In this document: piece after piece, positions 27,122 through 42,232 of the stretch
Numbering within the stretch: position 1 is the stretch's first letter
How the letters are laid out: each line of letters begins with the position of its first letter
Origin: Eledone cirrhosa
Taxonomy: Eukaryota
DNA length: 64,000 nucleotides
Assembly (NCBI GenBank): GCA_964016885.1
Contig: OZ024740.1
Location: 254,076,001-254,140,000, forward strand
Reading direction: 5' to 3'
The notes under the pieces: model-generated
What the model saw: only the letters and a program-made list of their open reading frames with translations
The model's database searches: none
What the model was told of the DNA's origin: nothing
Translations under genes and position numbers: made by a program

Positions 27122-28044
27122 TAGCAGTGGTACCCGGCTTTGCACGGGATAAGGTATTTTGGAACGCGGGCCGCCAACAGACCTAATCGTGGAAAAACTG
27201 CATGCCTGGACAATATGTAAAGAAAATAAACCGAATACTCTGATGGCTGGTTAATCTTTAAGATTTTCCTCGATGACGCAAGAAAAATGCAGGTTTTCAC
27301 CTAATGCGGGCTCTAGGGCATCAAGAAAATGAATTTGTTTTATGTGCATAATATGCTTTAAAATTTCGGGAAAATCAGCTAGACGTAACGCCTCCAAAAA
27401 GCCCTAAAATGCTTTTAAAATGCAGTTTTTCTCCTAATGCGGGCTCTTGGAAATCAAAATGTTGAATTTTTTGATGTGCATAACACTCCCTGAAACATAA
27501 GTAATACACATATAAAGTTTGAAAAAAAATCGGTTGGGTACTTCTCGAGTTTTAGGGATTCAAACTCACAGTGACACACACACACACACACAGATATCCT
27601 CAGGGAAGTGACGTAATGTAGACAGCCCGACATACAGACAGATATTATAAGGGCGCGACGTTATATGTATGTATCTATCTAAAAAGAGAAAGACTAAGAA
27701 TTATAGAGAGAGATCGCTAAATCGCTTAATGCGGTCCCTAGGGCATTGAAAATTTGAAATCATTTTGCTCAGAACACTCCCTGAGACATAAGTATTACAT
27801 GTGTAAAGTTTGAAAACAGTCGGTTGGGTGGTTCTCGAGTTTTAGGGATTCAAACTCACACACACACAGACAGACATCCTCAGTTTTATATATATATAGA
27901 CTAACAGAATGGCCCGGCGTTGCTCGGGATTTGCTCTAGGATTCTTATATATTTGATATATATTTATCCTTATCGAGCCTCGTGAAATAAATACGTTTGT
28001 TTATATTTTGTTATTGTGTATGCAAAAATATCTACATGAATATA

Positions 28045-28084
<40 letters not shown>

Positions 28085-29352
28085 TAACAGATTAAAGTTT
28101 AAGCAAAGAATCGCTGCTTTCACCCTTAACGGGATCTTCTGAAACTAAAAAATCAATTTGTGAACGCAGAAGTAAATATTTCGAAAAACGCTACACACTA
28201 TATATATACATATATACACACACATATAGCGTCATAATGTCGTAATGCAGACAGCCAGACATACAGACAGATATAAGGGCGCAACGTTATATCTATGTAT
28301 CTATCTAAAAAGAAAGACTAAGAATTATTGAGAGAGATCGCTAAATCGCTTAATGTGGTCCCTAGGGCATTGAAAATTTGAAATATTCTTTGCTCAAAAC
28401 ACTCACATGACTATAAGTATTACATGTGTAAAGTTTGAAAACAATCGGTTGGGTTGTTCTAATACTAAAGGGTTAAGGTATTGTTCTCAAAATAAATAAT
28501 ATTAAATTTATGAGATTTTATATTATGTGAGATAAAGCCTGTACCATGAAAATAATATAGTATATATAGAGTAATGTAAATGCTAAAGGGTTAATTCCAT
28601 CAGACCATGTGAGAGAGTTTATAATCACTCACGCACACATACACACTCACGCATGCAAACGCACAAACTCACACACACACGCGCGCACGTACACACACAC
28701 GCAATAGTTATTCCACTGTCATGTATCTTTGACGCATACAGCTCTCAAAAGACGGCGTCTGTCACTCTCTCTTTCTCTCCCGCTATCCCCCTCGTTTAGT
28801 CTGTCTGTTTCTTTCACTCTCACTCTTTCTCTCTGTAACTCGTTCACATTTCTCCCCTCTATCGAAAAACGCTGTGACGAATGGGGAGAAGGAGGAGGAG
28901 GAGTAGAGAGCCACTTCTTCACTTCGCCTCTCCGTTTCTTTCTCTCCTCTCTCACTCTCTCATTATGTACAGACATTGGCCACTTCACTAATTCGATCCC
29001 TAGGTGAGAATAATTTGAAACATTTTTTTTTTGCTCAAAACACGTTACATGTGTAAAGTTTGAAAAAAAACGGTTGGGTACTTCTCGAGTTTTAGGGAAA
29101 CAGATACACAGACAGACATCCTCTGTTTTATATATATAGACTAGCAGAATGGCCCGGCGTTGCTCGGGATTTGCTCTAGGGTTTTTATATATTTGATATA
29201 TATTTATCCTTATCGAGCCTCGTGAAATAAATACGTTTGTTTATATTTTGTTATTTGTATGCAAAAATATCTGTCCATGAATATATAATTATATACATAT
29301 ATATATTAAAATAACAGATTAAAGTTTAAGCAAAGAATCACTGCTTTCACCC
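27121..29352 (-). mobile_element. Head-to-tail array of non-autonomous Helitrons (27121-27900, 27901-29140, 29141-partial)
   Basis: Minus strand units start TC(TA)n-aaaac.gaggatgtctgtctg and end with GC hairpin + CTAG/TTAG; direct TAG|TC junctions at 27900/27901 and 29140/29141. Confidence 0.82.
28096..28146 (-). ncRNA. Hammerhead-like motif, CAGAAGA core
   Basis: Same motif as 46684-46734. Confidence 0.6.
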
Positions 29353-29792
29353 ATGTTCACCGTCTCTCGGTGTGTCTTTTATGCATGTATAAATATATAT
29401 GTTATCTATACGGTGAAATCTTTGAAATAACTATATGTTTAAACGAAAAAGGAGAAAAAGAGATTAGTGACGGAAATATAAACGTTATGATACATAAACG
29501 TTATGATATAACGATGGAAATATATCTTCAAATGGTCCTTGGCATGGTGTCAAGTCAGAACCGCCTCGAACTGGTGACTTCTGGCTTGTGCAAGGTGTCT
29601 CTATAGCAACCAGCGATTCCCTCGGCCTCAGTGACTAAAGTCAGTGGAGAGGGGAAGGTAATGTTTCTATAGTGACAGTGTTTCTCTTGGTAGTACCAAA
29701 GTGGAGAAAGGAAGGGGAAGGTAATATTTCTGTAGCACCTACATTTGAGTTTTAGGGAAGGACAGACAGACAAACAGAGAAATGCCCATATA

Positions 29793-29877
<85 letters not shown>

Positions 29878-29881
<4 letters not shown>

Positions 29882-30058
29882 CACACACAGAAATGTATAT
29901 ATATTTCTGTGTGTGTATATATATATATATTACACACACAGAAATGTATATATATTTCTGTGTGTATATATATATATATTACACACACAGAAATGTATAT
30001 ATATTTTTGTGTGTGTGTATATATATATATTACACACACAGAAATGTATATATATTTC
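29878..30058. repeat. Tandem repeat of a self-complementary ~50-bp unit
   Basis: tacacacacagaaatgtatatatatttctgtgtgtgta x ~4. Confidence 0.85.
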
Positions 30059-30177
30059 TTAGAACAAAATTATGATTAATGTTTTGCTGTTCATAACAAT
30101 TGGAATTGAAAATTTACTTTTGAAATTATTAGTTATTTTACTAATGCTTAGATATGTAAAAATGAAGCAATGTTTCT

Positions 30178-30368
30178 AATAATTGTTTCTACTTTTGGCA
30201 CAAGGCCAGCAAACACCCAGTACATTACTGGTACTTTATTTTATCGACCCCGTGAGGATGAAAGGCAAAGTTAACCTCGGTGGTATTTGAACTCAGACCG
30301 TAAAGGGACGTAACTCCATGCTATGAAGCATGGTGTCCGACTCTCTACAGATTCTGCCAATCCACCGC
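30178..30368 (-). mobile_element. SINE with Meta-like domain
   Basis: Reverse complement of 60473-60649 family. Confidence 0.8.
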
Positions 30369-30723
30369 CCTAATGTCTGTACGTAATGAGGGAGTGAGAG
30401 GGGAGAGAAAGAAAGGCAGAGGTGAAGTGACGAAGTGACTCTCTCCTCCTCCTCCTCCTCCATCTCCCCATTCGTCACAGCGATAGAGGGGAGGAATGTT
30501 AGTGTGTTACAAAGAAAAAGAGTGAGAGTGAGAGAAACAGACAGACTAAAAGAGAGGGAGAGCTGGAAAGAGAGAGATAGCAACCACGCGCGCACGTGTT
30601 TCCACTGTCGGACAGTCAGACAGAGAAATTGCTGGTTATATATTATAAGGAGATAAGAAATTTCACAACAGTTAGTTCACCATGCCGAGAACAAATGTTT
30701 CACCTTATGCGGATCATCATATG

Positions 30724-30781
<58 letters not shown>

Positions 30782-30919
30782 CATACATGTATACATATAT
30801 ATATATGAGTACTCATAACCTCTAGTTGGATTGTCTTAAACAATATCTTGTCATCATATATATATATATATTTATAAACTTATATATATAAGTTTTATAA
30901 CTATATACATATATATGAA

Positions 30920-31663
<744 letters not shown>

Positions 31664-31688
31664 TTATATATTTATATATAATTTATAT

Positions 31689-31776
<88 letters not shown>

Positions 31777-31959
31777 AATTATATATAAATATATAAATAT
31801 ATAATATATATATATATATATATATGTAGATAAATCTACCAAGAGTTTACGGTAGTGTCCAATCCGTATGAAGAACTCAATGTATTCCGGATATCATGGA
31901 AAGAAGAAATGTAATGAAAAATCACTTTCGGTGAAAGATAAACGGTATACAGAGTCAAG

Positions 31960-32323
31960 ATAAAATATTAAACAAATAATGAATAAACAATTCCTTATAT
32001 TAAACAAAAAAAGTTCATTATTTAACGATCGTTTCTAGGATATATATGTGTTAGAGTTGGCATGCATATTCAACAGATCTATGTACAAAATTATACAAAA
32101 TTATACAAACTATCAAGATTAAATATACATACCAACACATATATGTGTTGGTATGTATATTTAATCTTGATAGTTTGTATAATTTTGTATAATTTTGTAC
32201 ATAGATCTGTTGAATATGCATGCCAACTCTAACACATATATATCCTAGAAACGATCGTTAAATAATGAACTTTTTTTGTTTAATATAAGGAATTGTTTAT
32301 TCATTATTTGTTTAATATTTTAT
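31960..32323. repeat. Spacer-less ~364-bp palindrome of PLE 3' end
   Basis: Axis between 32141/32142; arms appear exactly complementary; contains only the 3' half of the long-stem HHR. Confidence 0.9.
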
Positions 32324-32370
32324 ATATATATATATATATATATTATATATTTATATATTTATATATAATT

Positions 32371-32502
<132 letters not shown>

Positions 32503-32579
32503 ATATTATATATATATATATATATTATAGATATATATATATATATATTATATATATATATATATTATCTATATATATA

Positions 32580-33090
32580 GTAGAATAATCGAGAATCGGA
32601 AAAACAGCCTACGAATTAACGATAAACAAATCCGATATGTGTGGCAGAGGGCTCAATAATTTAGATAAATCAGAGCTATAACCATCGTTAAATTACCAAC
32701 ACATAGAGGTCATGCCTAAAATCACCCATACAGCCGAAAAAGAACGACCAGGAAGATTCGGGTCACTCAAATAAAATATCAATAAATCATAAATTAAATG
32801 AATGTAAAAAACTTACTCGGACCCGCTAGAAGGATGTTAAATCTAGCTTCTTGGGTTTCTGCAATTCCTTAATCCAATCAATATCAGCACACATAAAAAA
32901 TATATGAGACTTCTAGAGAAGGTGGGACGCGGAAGAGCTTTTTCAACGGGAATTTCGTCCGGAAATGAAGAGAAGACCCTTAGCCAGAAAAGCACATGGT
33001 GCCCAGCAAGGGAGATAACCTCTACATTAGCGAAAGATTTTCGGTAATGTGCAAATCATGTACGAATACAAAATATCACATATCGAATAT
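32580..33090. repeat. Unclassified dispersed repeat in (TA)n
   Basis: Related to 41990-42210 (reverse complement) and more distantly 57000-57410. Confidence 0.65.
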
Positions 33091-33183
33091 ATAATATACC
33101 TATATATATATATTATCTATATATATATAAGATATATATATATATATGTTATATATATATATATTATATATATATATATATAT

Positions 33184-33279
<96 letters not shown>

Positions 33280-33327
33280 ATCATATATATATTATATATA
33301 TGTAAATATATATTATATATATGTATA

Positions 33328-33374
<47 letters not shown>

Positions 33375-33498
33375 ATATATATTATATATATATATATTAT
33401 AGATATATAGATATATATATTATATATATCTATATATATATATATTAGATATATATATATATATGTTATATATATATATATTATATATATATATATAT

Positions 33499-33550
<52 letters not shown>

Positions 33551-33598
33551 ATCATATATATATTATATATATGTAAATATATATTATATATATGTATA

Positions 33599-33641
<43 letters not shown>

Positions 33642-33680
33642 ATATATATTATATATATATATATTATAGATATATAGATA

Positions 33681-33713
<33 letters not shown>

Positions 33714-34144
33714 AATATATTTAAACCAAAACTAAACGGGTTATCACCCCAATAGAATTGTGATAAAATATAAACACACATACGCACGGAGTGACAGATA
33801 TATATGTGTTTGTATGTGTGCATGTATATAATTATCACTACTATTAAAGACCAGAGACCAATTCTGTAGAATCAGGTTTATTCGTTGACAGACCATGCCT
33901 TTGTGTGACCAACACATCCATGTTAAACCCTGCACGTGCACACACATATATCTATATATATATGCGCACACAGAATTCACCACTGTCGGTTGCGGGGCCC
34001 AATCTACATGAAGAACTCAATGTGATCAGAATGACTTGTATTTTAATTTCACTGTCCTAACTTGTTATATTATGGAAAAAATATATGTGTATGTATGTAT
34101 ATATATATATTTGGAGGCCATTTCTCTGTGTGTGGGTGTATGTA

Positions 34145-34201
<57 letters not shown>

Positions 34202-34617
34202 GTGCATGTGGATGTATGTATTGTGTGTGCGTGTGTGTGTGTGTATGTATGTGTGTATCTGGATGTATGCGTATGTGTATATATATATGTGTGTGTGTGT
34301 GTATATATATGTGTGTGTATGTGTATATGTGTGTGTGTGTGTGTGTGTTTGTATGTGTGTATGTATATATATGTGTGTGTGTGTATGTATGTGTGGGTGT
34401 GTGTATATATATGTGTATGTATATGTGTGTATATATGTGTATGTACACATATATATATATATGTGTGTGTGTGTATGTATGTGTGTATCTGGATGTATGT
34501 GTATGTATATATATATTGTGTGTGTATATATATATATGTGTATATATATATATGTGTGTGTATGTGCATATATATGTGTGTGTGTATGTGTGTATGTATA
34601 TGTATGTGTGTGTGTAT

Positions 34618-34663
<46 letters not shown>

Positions 34664-34846
34664 ATGTATATGTATATGTATGTATGTGTGGATGAAGGTA
34701 TGTGTGTATATATAGGTGTAAGTGCACTAAATCCCTTTCTATCAATCTCCCCTCTCCTACCGACCACAGGGAGATATATGTATGTATATTGCTTCCACCC
34801 ATCTGGCCATTGCTAAATCTGACCTTTATAAAATAACCCACACCCC

Positions 34847-35046
34847 NNNNNNNNNNNNNNNNNNNNNNNNNNNNNNNNNNNNNNNNNNNNNNNNNNNNNN
34901 NNNNNNNNNNNNNNNNNNNNNNNNNNNNNNNNNNNNNNNNNNNNNNNNNNNNNNNNNNNNNNNNNNNNNNNNNNNNNNNNNNNNNNNNNNNNNNNNNNNN
35001 NNNNNNNNNNNNNNNNNNNNNNNNNNNNNNNNNNNNNNNNNNNNNN
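34847..35046. other. Assembly gap (200 N)
   Basis: N run. Confidence 1.
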
Positions 35047-35133
35047 TATATATATATATATATATATTTATAATATATATATATATATTATATATATATA
35101 TATATAATATATATATATTATATATATATATAT

Positions 35134-35189
<56 letters not shown>

Positions 35190-35212
35190 ATTAATTATAT
35201 ATATATATATAT

Positions 35213-35383
<171 letters not shown>

Positions 35384-35452
35384 ATATATATATATATAAT
35401 ATATTATATAATATATATATATATAATATATATATATATAATATATATATAT

Positions 35453-35683
<231 letters not shown>

Positions 35684-35786
35684 ATATATAATATAATATA
35701 TATATATAATATATATATATAATATATATATATAATATATATATACGATATTAAATAAATGGAAACTATATTTATAAAACCATATT

Positions 35787-35851
35787 TATTTCGTTATATA
35801 TATTTCAGGGATATCATATTAACAATATGCTATGCCTTCCTCAGACAAATA
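35787..35851 (-). ncRNA. Type I hammerhead ribozyme (inverted arm)
   Basis: Reverse complement of 40108-40173. Confidence 0.78.
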
Positions 35852-38800
35852 CAATATAAACAGTTTTATAGATAAATAGATTTGACATACCGTACAACAT
35901 CGACTTGTATTTGAAAAGTTGAATTGGCAGTGAGAAAATTGTAAACAGAAAGAAAGAAAGAGAGAAAAAAGAAAGAAGACAGAAAACGAAGAAAAAGAAG
36001 AAGAAGAAATGCATGGAACAAAATAGAGAGATGGAAAGATAGATAAAGAGAAGAACTTCATGTAAAGAAACAGATAGAGATATATATAGAGAGAGAAATA
36101 GATAGAGATAGATATATATATAGAAAAATATGTAGTTGGACATCCGTTGAGTAAACGTATCATGATACATTTATTTATTTATTTATTTATTTAGCTCTAG
36201 TATTAATGTAAGGGAGATATATGTGGTTAGGAGAGAAACCAGCAGTTATATAGAGAGAAAAATGAAAAGTAACCAGACATAGGCGAGGCATATAAACCCT
36301 ATGTTTTAATGTAGAAGTATTAATATGTATAAATATGTATAAAAAATATGTATAAAAACCAGGCACTATATTGAAAATATCAGTATTCCTGAATGAGACA
36401 CGTATCCATAATGTGTGATAAGTAATGATCTTATGTTTAGTTTTAAAAATTCATATGTTTATATGATAACTACAAACATCGATGTGAATTTACATGATGC
36501 TATAAAATTTAAGTATACACATATGTGTATATATAACACATATATATAGAGAGTCTATATTACTACTATTCTTGTCTTTACTCTACAAGATATCTATCAA
36601 GCAGAAATAGAGAGCAGATTTCAATATATTAATAAAAATATATCAGAAACAAAAACCAAAAAACAACAATAATAATAATAATAATAATAAATAAATAATA
36701 ATAAAATAGAAAACTAAAAATATTACGAAAAAATATTAAATATTAGAAAATACTACAATAATAAAAATAAACCACAAAGATCAACCCTTCAAAATTAATT
36801 GACAATATATTGCCAAGTTCATTATAAGCATCAGAGTCGAAAACAGATAAAGCTAAAAATTATTTATCAAATCGCATCTAGCAAAAATCATTTCAAAAAG
36901 TTTAGGATTGCCCATTTGGTCTACATGTGTTCTTATATTTAATATAGAAGTTTATCTAGTGTAACGTTTATTCGAAATATTTGGAGCATCAACTTTTAGG
37001 GTAGTTTAATTTTCCATGAAGAATGTTTAAATAAAAATAAAAAGAAAAAAGAAGAAGAAAAAGAAGAAATCGAAAGATTTATCGGCTAGTTTCCCAAATA
37101 CTTATAAATCAAAACTAAATATACTACATTTTAAATTTAAATTTATATTTATAAGTTCAGTTTAATCTATGTTTGCAGCAACTGAATAAATTTGTCCGTA
37201 GATTAAGGGAATTTTTAGATTTTAGTATAAAGAATATCTCCTCTGCGCAGAGGTCACATGTCTCAGAGGATGAATTAAAAGGAATTCCTCTTGAGACTAT
37301 ATTCCAAGCCGTCGAATATCTAACGTTATCTAGCTTAAGTTGCCAGAGTACGCCTGATAGTGCCGTTGAAGATTTTTTGCTTGGATCTGTGAAAGAATTC
37401 TTGTGGTTATTATAGCGAAGTTTAAATTCCGTCGATGTGGAACCGACGTAGTTAAAAGAATTAGAATCAGTTTTAACATTACAATTGTATACTATATTTT
37501 AAACTAAGCAGTTGTTATTTAACGGACATTTAGATTTATCTCTACAGTTACATTTGTTAACTTGTATATTATTTATGCGGTACTACCGGAGGTTTATATA
37601 GAGATGACATGCTTTTACTTATTGATAATAATAACTCTGAACTAAATAGAAAACGTAAACAAATTACACAATTTTTTAATTACTTTAATCTTAAAATAGA
37701 AATTGAGAACAACCATAGAATAGTCAATTTCCTAGATATAACATTAAATCTCAACACATGTCTTCACTATCCTTTTCACAAGTTGAATGAAAACTTAAAC
37801 TATGTCAGCTTTAACTCTAACCACCCCAGATCTGTCAAAAACACTATAGTAAACTCTGTTCAAAAACGTATCTCTAGAATCTCGTCTAATAGAAAGATTT
37901 TCGACAAAAAAGCCCAGTACTACAATGAAGCGTTAGCTAGAGCAGGATATACTGATAAGATTATGTACATAGATAATGATAGACAAACTAAACAAAATAA
38001 CAACTATTTTAATTACGGCAACAACCTTAACAACTATAATAGAAAGCATTACAATAATTCCAAGGGCCAAAAAAGAAATAGAACTAGGAACATAATTTGG
38101 TTTACCCCCCCCCCCCCCCCCTTTCTCACTAAACATTAAAACCCACATCGCTAAACTATTTTTTAAAGCTCTTGATAATCGCTTCCCTAGAACACATAGG
38201 TATCACTCAATTTTCAATAGACATACTATAAAATTAACCTACTCATCCACCAAAAATTTAGCACAAAATATTAATATCAATAAATAATAGGAACTTAAAA
38301 CCTAGTGATAATAGCATAAATAATATACAAGTTAACAAATGTAACTGTAGAGATAGATCTAAATGTCCGTTAAATAACAACTGCTTAGTTAAAAATATAG
38401 TATACAATTGTAATGTTAAAACTGATTCTAATTCTTTTAACTACGTCGGTTCCACATCGACGGAATTTAAACTTCGCTATAATAACCACAAGAATTCTTT
38501 CACAGATCCAAGCAAAAAATCTTCAACGGCACTATCAGGCGTACTCTGGCAACTTAAGCTAGATAACGTTAGATATTCGACGGCTTGGAATATAGTCTCA
38601 AGAGGAATTCCTTTTAATTCATCCTCTGAGACATGTGACCTCTGCGCAGAGGAGATATTCTTTATACTAAAATCTAAAAATTCCCTTAATCTACGGACAA
38701 ATTTATTCAGTTGCTGCAAACATAGATTAAACTGAACTTATAAATATAAATTTAAATTTAAAATGTAGTATATTTAGTTTGATTTATAAGTATTTGGGAA

Positions 38801-40107
38801 ACTAGCCGATAAATCTTTCGATTTCTTCTTTTTCTTCTTCTTTTTCTTTTTATTTTTATTTAAACATTCTTCATGGAAAATTAAACTACCCTAAAAGTTG
38901 ATGCTCCAAATATTTCGAATAAACGTTACACTAGATAAACTTCTATATTAAATATAAGAACACATGTAGACCAAATAGGCATCCTAAACTTTTTGAAATG
39001 ATTTTTGCTAGATGCGATTTGATAAATAATTTTTAGCTTTATCTGTTTTCGACTCTGATGCTTATAATGAACTTGGCAATATATTGTCAATTAATTTTGA
39101 AGGGTTGATCTTTGTGGTTTATTTTTATTATTGTAGTATTTTCTAATATTTTTATTTTTAATATGTAATATTTTTAATATGTAATATTTTTTCGTAATAT
39201 TTTTTAGTTTTCTATTTTATTATTATTTATTTATTATTATTATTATTATTATTGTTGTTTTTTGGTTTTTGTTTCTGATATATTTTTTATTAATATATTG
39301 AAATCTGCTCTCTATTTCTGCTTGATAGATAATCTTGTAGAGTAAAGACAAGAATAGTAGTAATATAGACTCTCTATATATATGTGTATATATATACACA
39401 TATGTGTATACTTAAATTTTTATAGCATCATGTAAATTCACATCGATGTTTGTAGTTATCATATAAACATATGAATTTTTTAAAACTAAACAAACATATG
39501 AATTTTTTAAAACTAAACATAAGATCATTACTTATCACACATTATGGATACGTGTCTCATTCAGGAATACTGATATTTTCAATATAGTGCCTGGTTTTTA
39601 TACATATTTTTTATACATATTTATACATATTAATACTTCTACATTAAAACATAGGGTTTATATGCCTCGCCTATGTCTGGTTACTTTTCATTTTTCTCTC
39701 TATATAACTGCTGGTTTCTCTCCTAACCACATATATCTCCCTTACATTAATACTAGAGCTAAATAAATAAATAAATAAATAAATGTATCATTGATACGTT
39801 TACTCAACGGATGTCCAACTACATATTTTTCTATATATATATCTATCTCTATCTATTTCCTCTCTCTATATATATCTCTATCTGTTTCTTTACATGAAGT
39901 TCTTCTCTTTATCTATCTTTCCATCTCTCTATTTTGTTCCATGCATTTCTTCTTCTTCTTCTTTTTCTTCGTTTTCTGTCTTTCTTTCTTTTTTCTCTCT
40001 TTCTTTCTTTCTGTTTACAATTTTCTCACTGCCAATTCAACTTTTCAAATACAAGTCGATGTTGTACGGTATGTCAAATCTATTTATCTATAAAACTGTT
40101 TATATTG

Positions 40108-40173
40108 TATTTTGTCTGAGGAAGGCATAGCATATTGTTAATATGATATCCCTGAAATATATATAACGAAATA
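40108..40173 (+). ncRNA. Type I hammerhead ribozyme in PLE pLTR
   Basis: tattttgt-CTGAGGA-aggcatagcatatt gtt aatatgatatccct-GAAA-tatata-TA-acgaaata. Confidence 0.8.
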
Positions 40174-40307
40174 AATATGGTTTTATAAATATAGTTTCCA
40201 TTTATTTAATATCGTAAATATACTCCAAATACTTGTCGAGTGCTTTTATATCAGTTATTAATATTTACTAGTTGTAACCCAACAATTTAAATATAACTTT
40301 CCATATA

Positions 40308-40339
<32 letters not shown>

Positions 40340-40386
40340 TATATATGATAAAGAACACAAGAGCGTCTACAACATCAAAAGATTTT

Positions 40387-40440
40387 TATTGGCTTACAAT
40401 GTTTCTTCCTTACGTAACCGTACGATTCGTCAGAGCTATA
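40387..40440 (-). ncRNA. Type I hammerhead ribozyme
   Basis: tatagct-CTGACGA-atcgtacg gtta cgtaaggaa-GAAA-cattg-TA-agccaata; imperfect stems. Confidence 0.62.
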
Positions 40441-40480
40441 CAAGGGGTTTGATTGGTGTTATGGACTCCTATTAACCTAA

Positions 40481-40679
<199 letters not shown>

Positions 40680-40999
40680 TATATATATAATATATATATA
40701 TATATAATATATATATATATAATATATTGATATATATATATATAATATATATATATATACATATATAATATATAAACATATATAATATATAAATATATAT
40801 ATATATAATATATATATATATATATTATATATATATATATATATAATATATCATGGACACACTAGAAGAGGAAGACCAAGGTTAACGTATTTTGATGCCC
40901 TAAGGACAAGTATTGAAGTTTCCGTTGAAAATTGAAAAAGTCATAGGAGTGAAGAGTGCTCTATGTAAGTACCAGAGCAAAATTTAATGTATAATAAAA

Positions 41000-41475
41000 G
41001 TACAATATAATTACCTCATTACCAGAGGTTTCCCGAATAAGATGAATACGAAAAAAACGTCCTCATTTGTTCGTCGGACAAGGTAATATAAAACATAGTG
41101 AAATATTTGGAAAGTCTCATCAAGAAATGTACAAAATATATAAATAAAAGTAATGTAAGAGATATATTAAAAAATATAGAAAAAATATAAGGAAATATAG
41201 TTAGGTATGTATATATGTATGTACATTTATGAGTGTATATACATACATATATACATACCTAACTATATTTCCTTATATTTTTTGTATATTTTTCTATATT
41301 TTTTTAATATATCTATTGCATTACTTTTATTTATATATTTTTTGCATTTCTTGAAGAGACTTTCCAAATATTTCACTATGTTTTATATTACCTTGTCCGA
41401 CGAACGAATGAGGACGTTTTTTTCGTATTCGTCTTAGTCGGGAAACCTCTGGTAATGAGGTAATTATATTGTATT
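41000..41475. repeat. Fold-back element (~225-bp arms) with an HHR-like motif in each arm
   Basis: Arms are reverse complements with several mismatches; CCGACGA-core motifs at 41010-41087(-) and 41387-41464(+). Confidence 0.88.
41387..41464 (+). ncRNA. Hammerhead-like motif, CCGACGA core
   Basis: attaccttgt-CCGACGA-stem II-GAAA-cc tct gg-TA-atgaggtaat; 10-bp stem I. Confidence 0.7.
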
Positions 41476-41517
41476 GTTTATTATACATTATATATATATA
41501 TATATATTATATATATA

Positions 41518-41562
<45 letters not shown>

Positions 41563-41576
41563 ATATTATATATATA

Positions 41577-41614
<38 letters not shown>

Positions 41615-41648
41615 CATATTATATATATATATATATTATATATATGTA

Positions 41649-41755
<107 letters not shown>

Positions 41756-41758
41756 TAC

Positions 41759-41828
<70 letters not shown>

Positions 41829-42232
41829 AATATATATATATTATATATATATATAATATATATATATATAATATATATTTATATATATAATATATATATA
41901 TATATAATATATACTTTGGTGCGTTATGATCCACCTGGTTCCTTACCACAATTCCTTCGTTATATATATATAAAATATATATATATATTCATTTGATTTA
42001 TTGATTTATTGATATTTTATCTGAGTGTTCCGAATCTTCCAGATCGTATTTTTTCGGTCGTATGGTTGATTTTAGACATGTTCTAGGTGTGTCGGTATTT
42101 TAACGATAGTTTTAGCTCTGATTTATCTGAATTAGCCCTCTGCTGCTCATTTCGAATTTTGTTTATCGTGAACTCGTGCGCCGATTTTTCGATACTCGAT
42201 TATTCTACTATATATATATATATATTATATAT

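Larger units (their letters stand above)
35744..40285 (+). mobile_element. 5'-truncated Penelope-like element with ~1.85-kb inverted terminal copy
   Basis: Arms 35744-37578 and 38314-40216; spacer begins GTTGGLYRDDMLL (RT motif), VNFLDITLNL, SNHP; then CNCRDRSKCPL linker and GIY-YIG (NIVYNC...NYVGST...FKLRYNNH...CDLCAEE) to 38735; flanked by (TA)n. Confidence 0.92.

Noticed and set aside
37173-38719. Identical 80-aa ORFs MQQLNKFVRR... on opposite strands
   Set aside because: Antisense to the GIY-YIG frame and duplicated by the inverted repeat.
38733-38735. In-frame TGA as selenocysteine, as reported for some Naiad PLEs
   Set aside because: It aligns with Lys/Arg, not Cys, in sister elements; the domain order is RT-EN; no SECIS was recognised.
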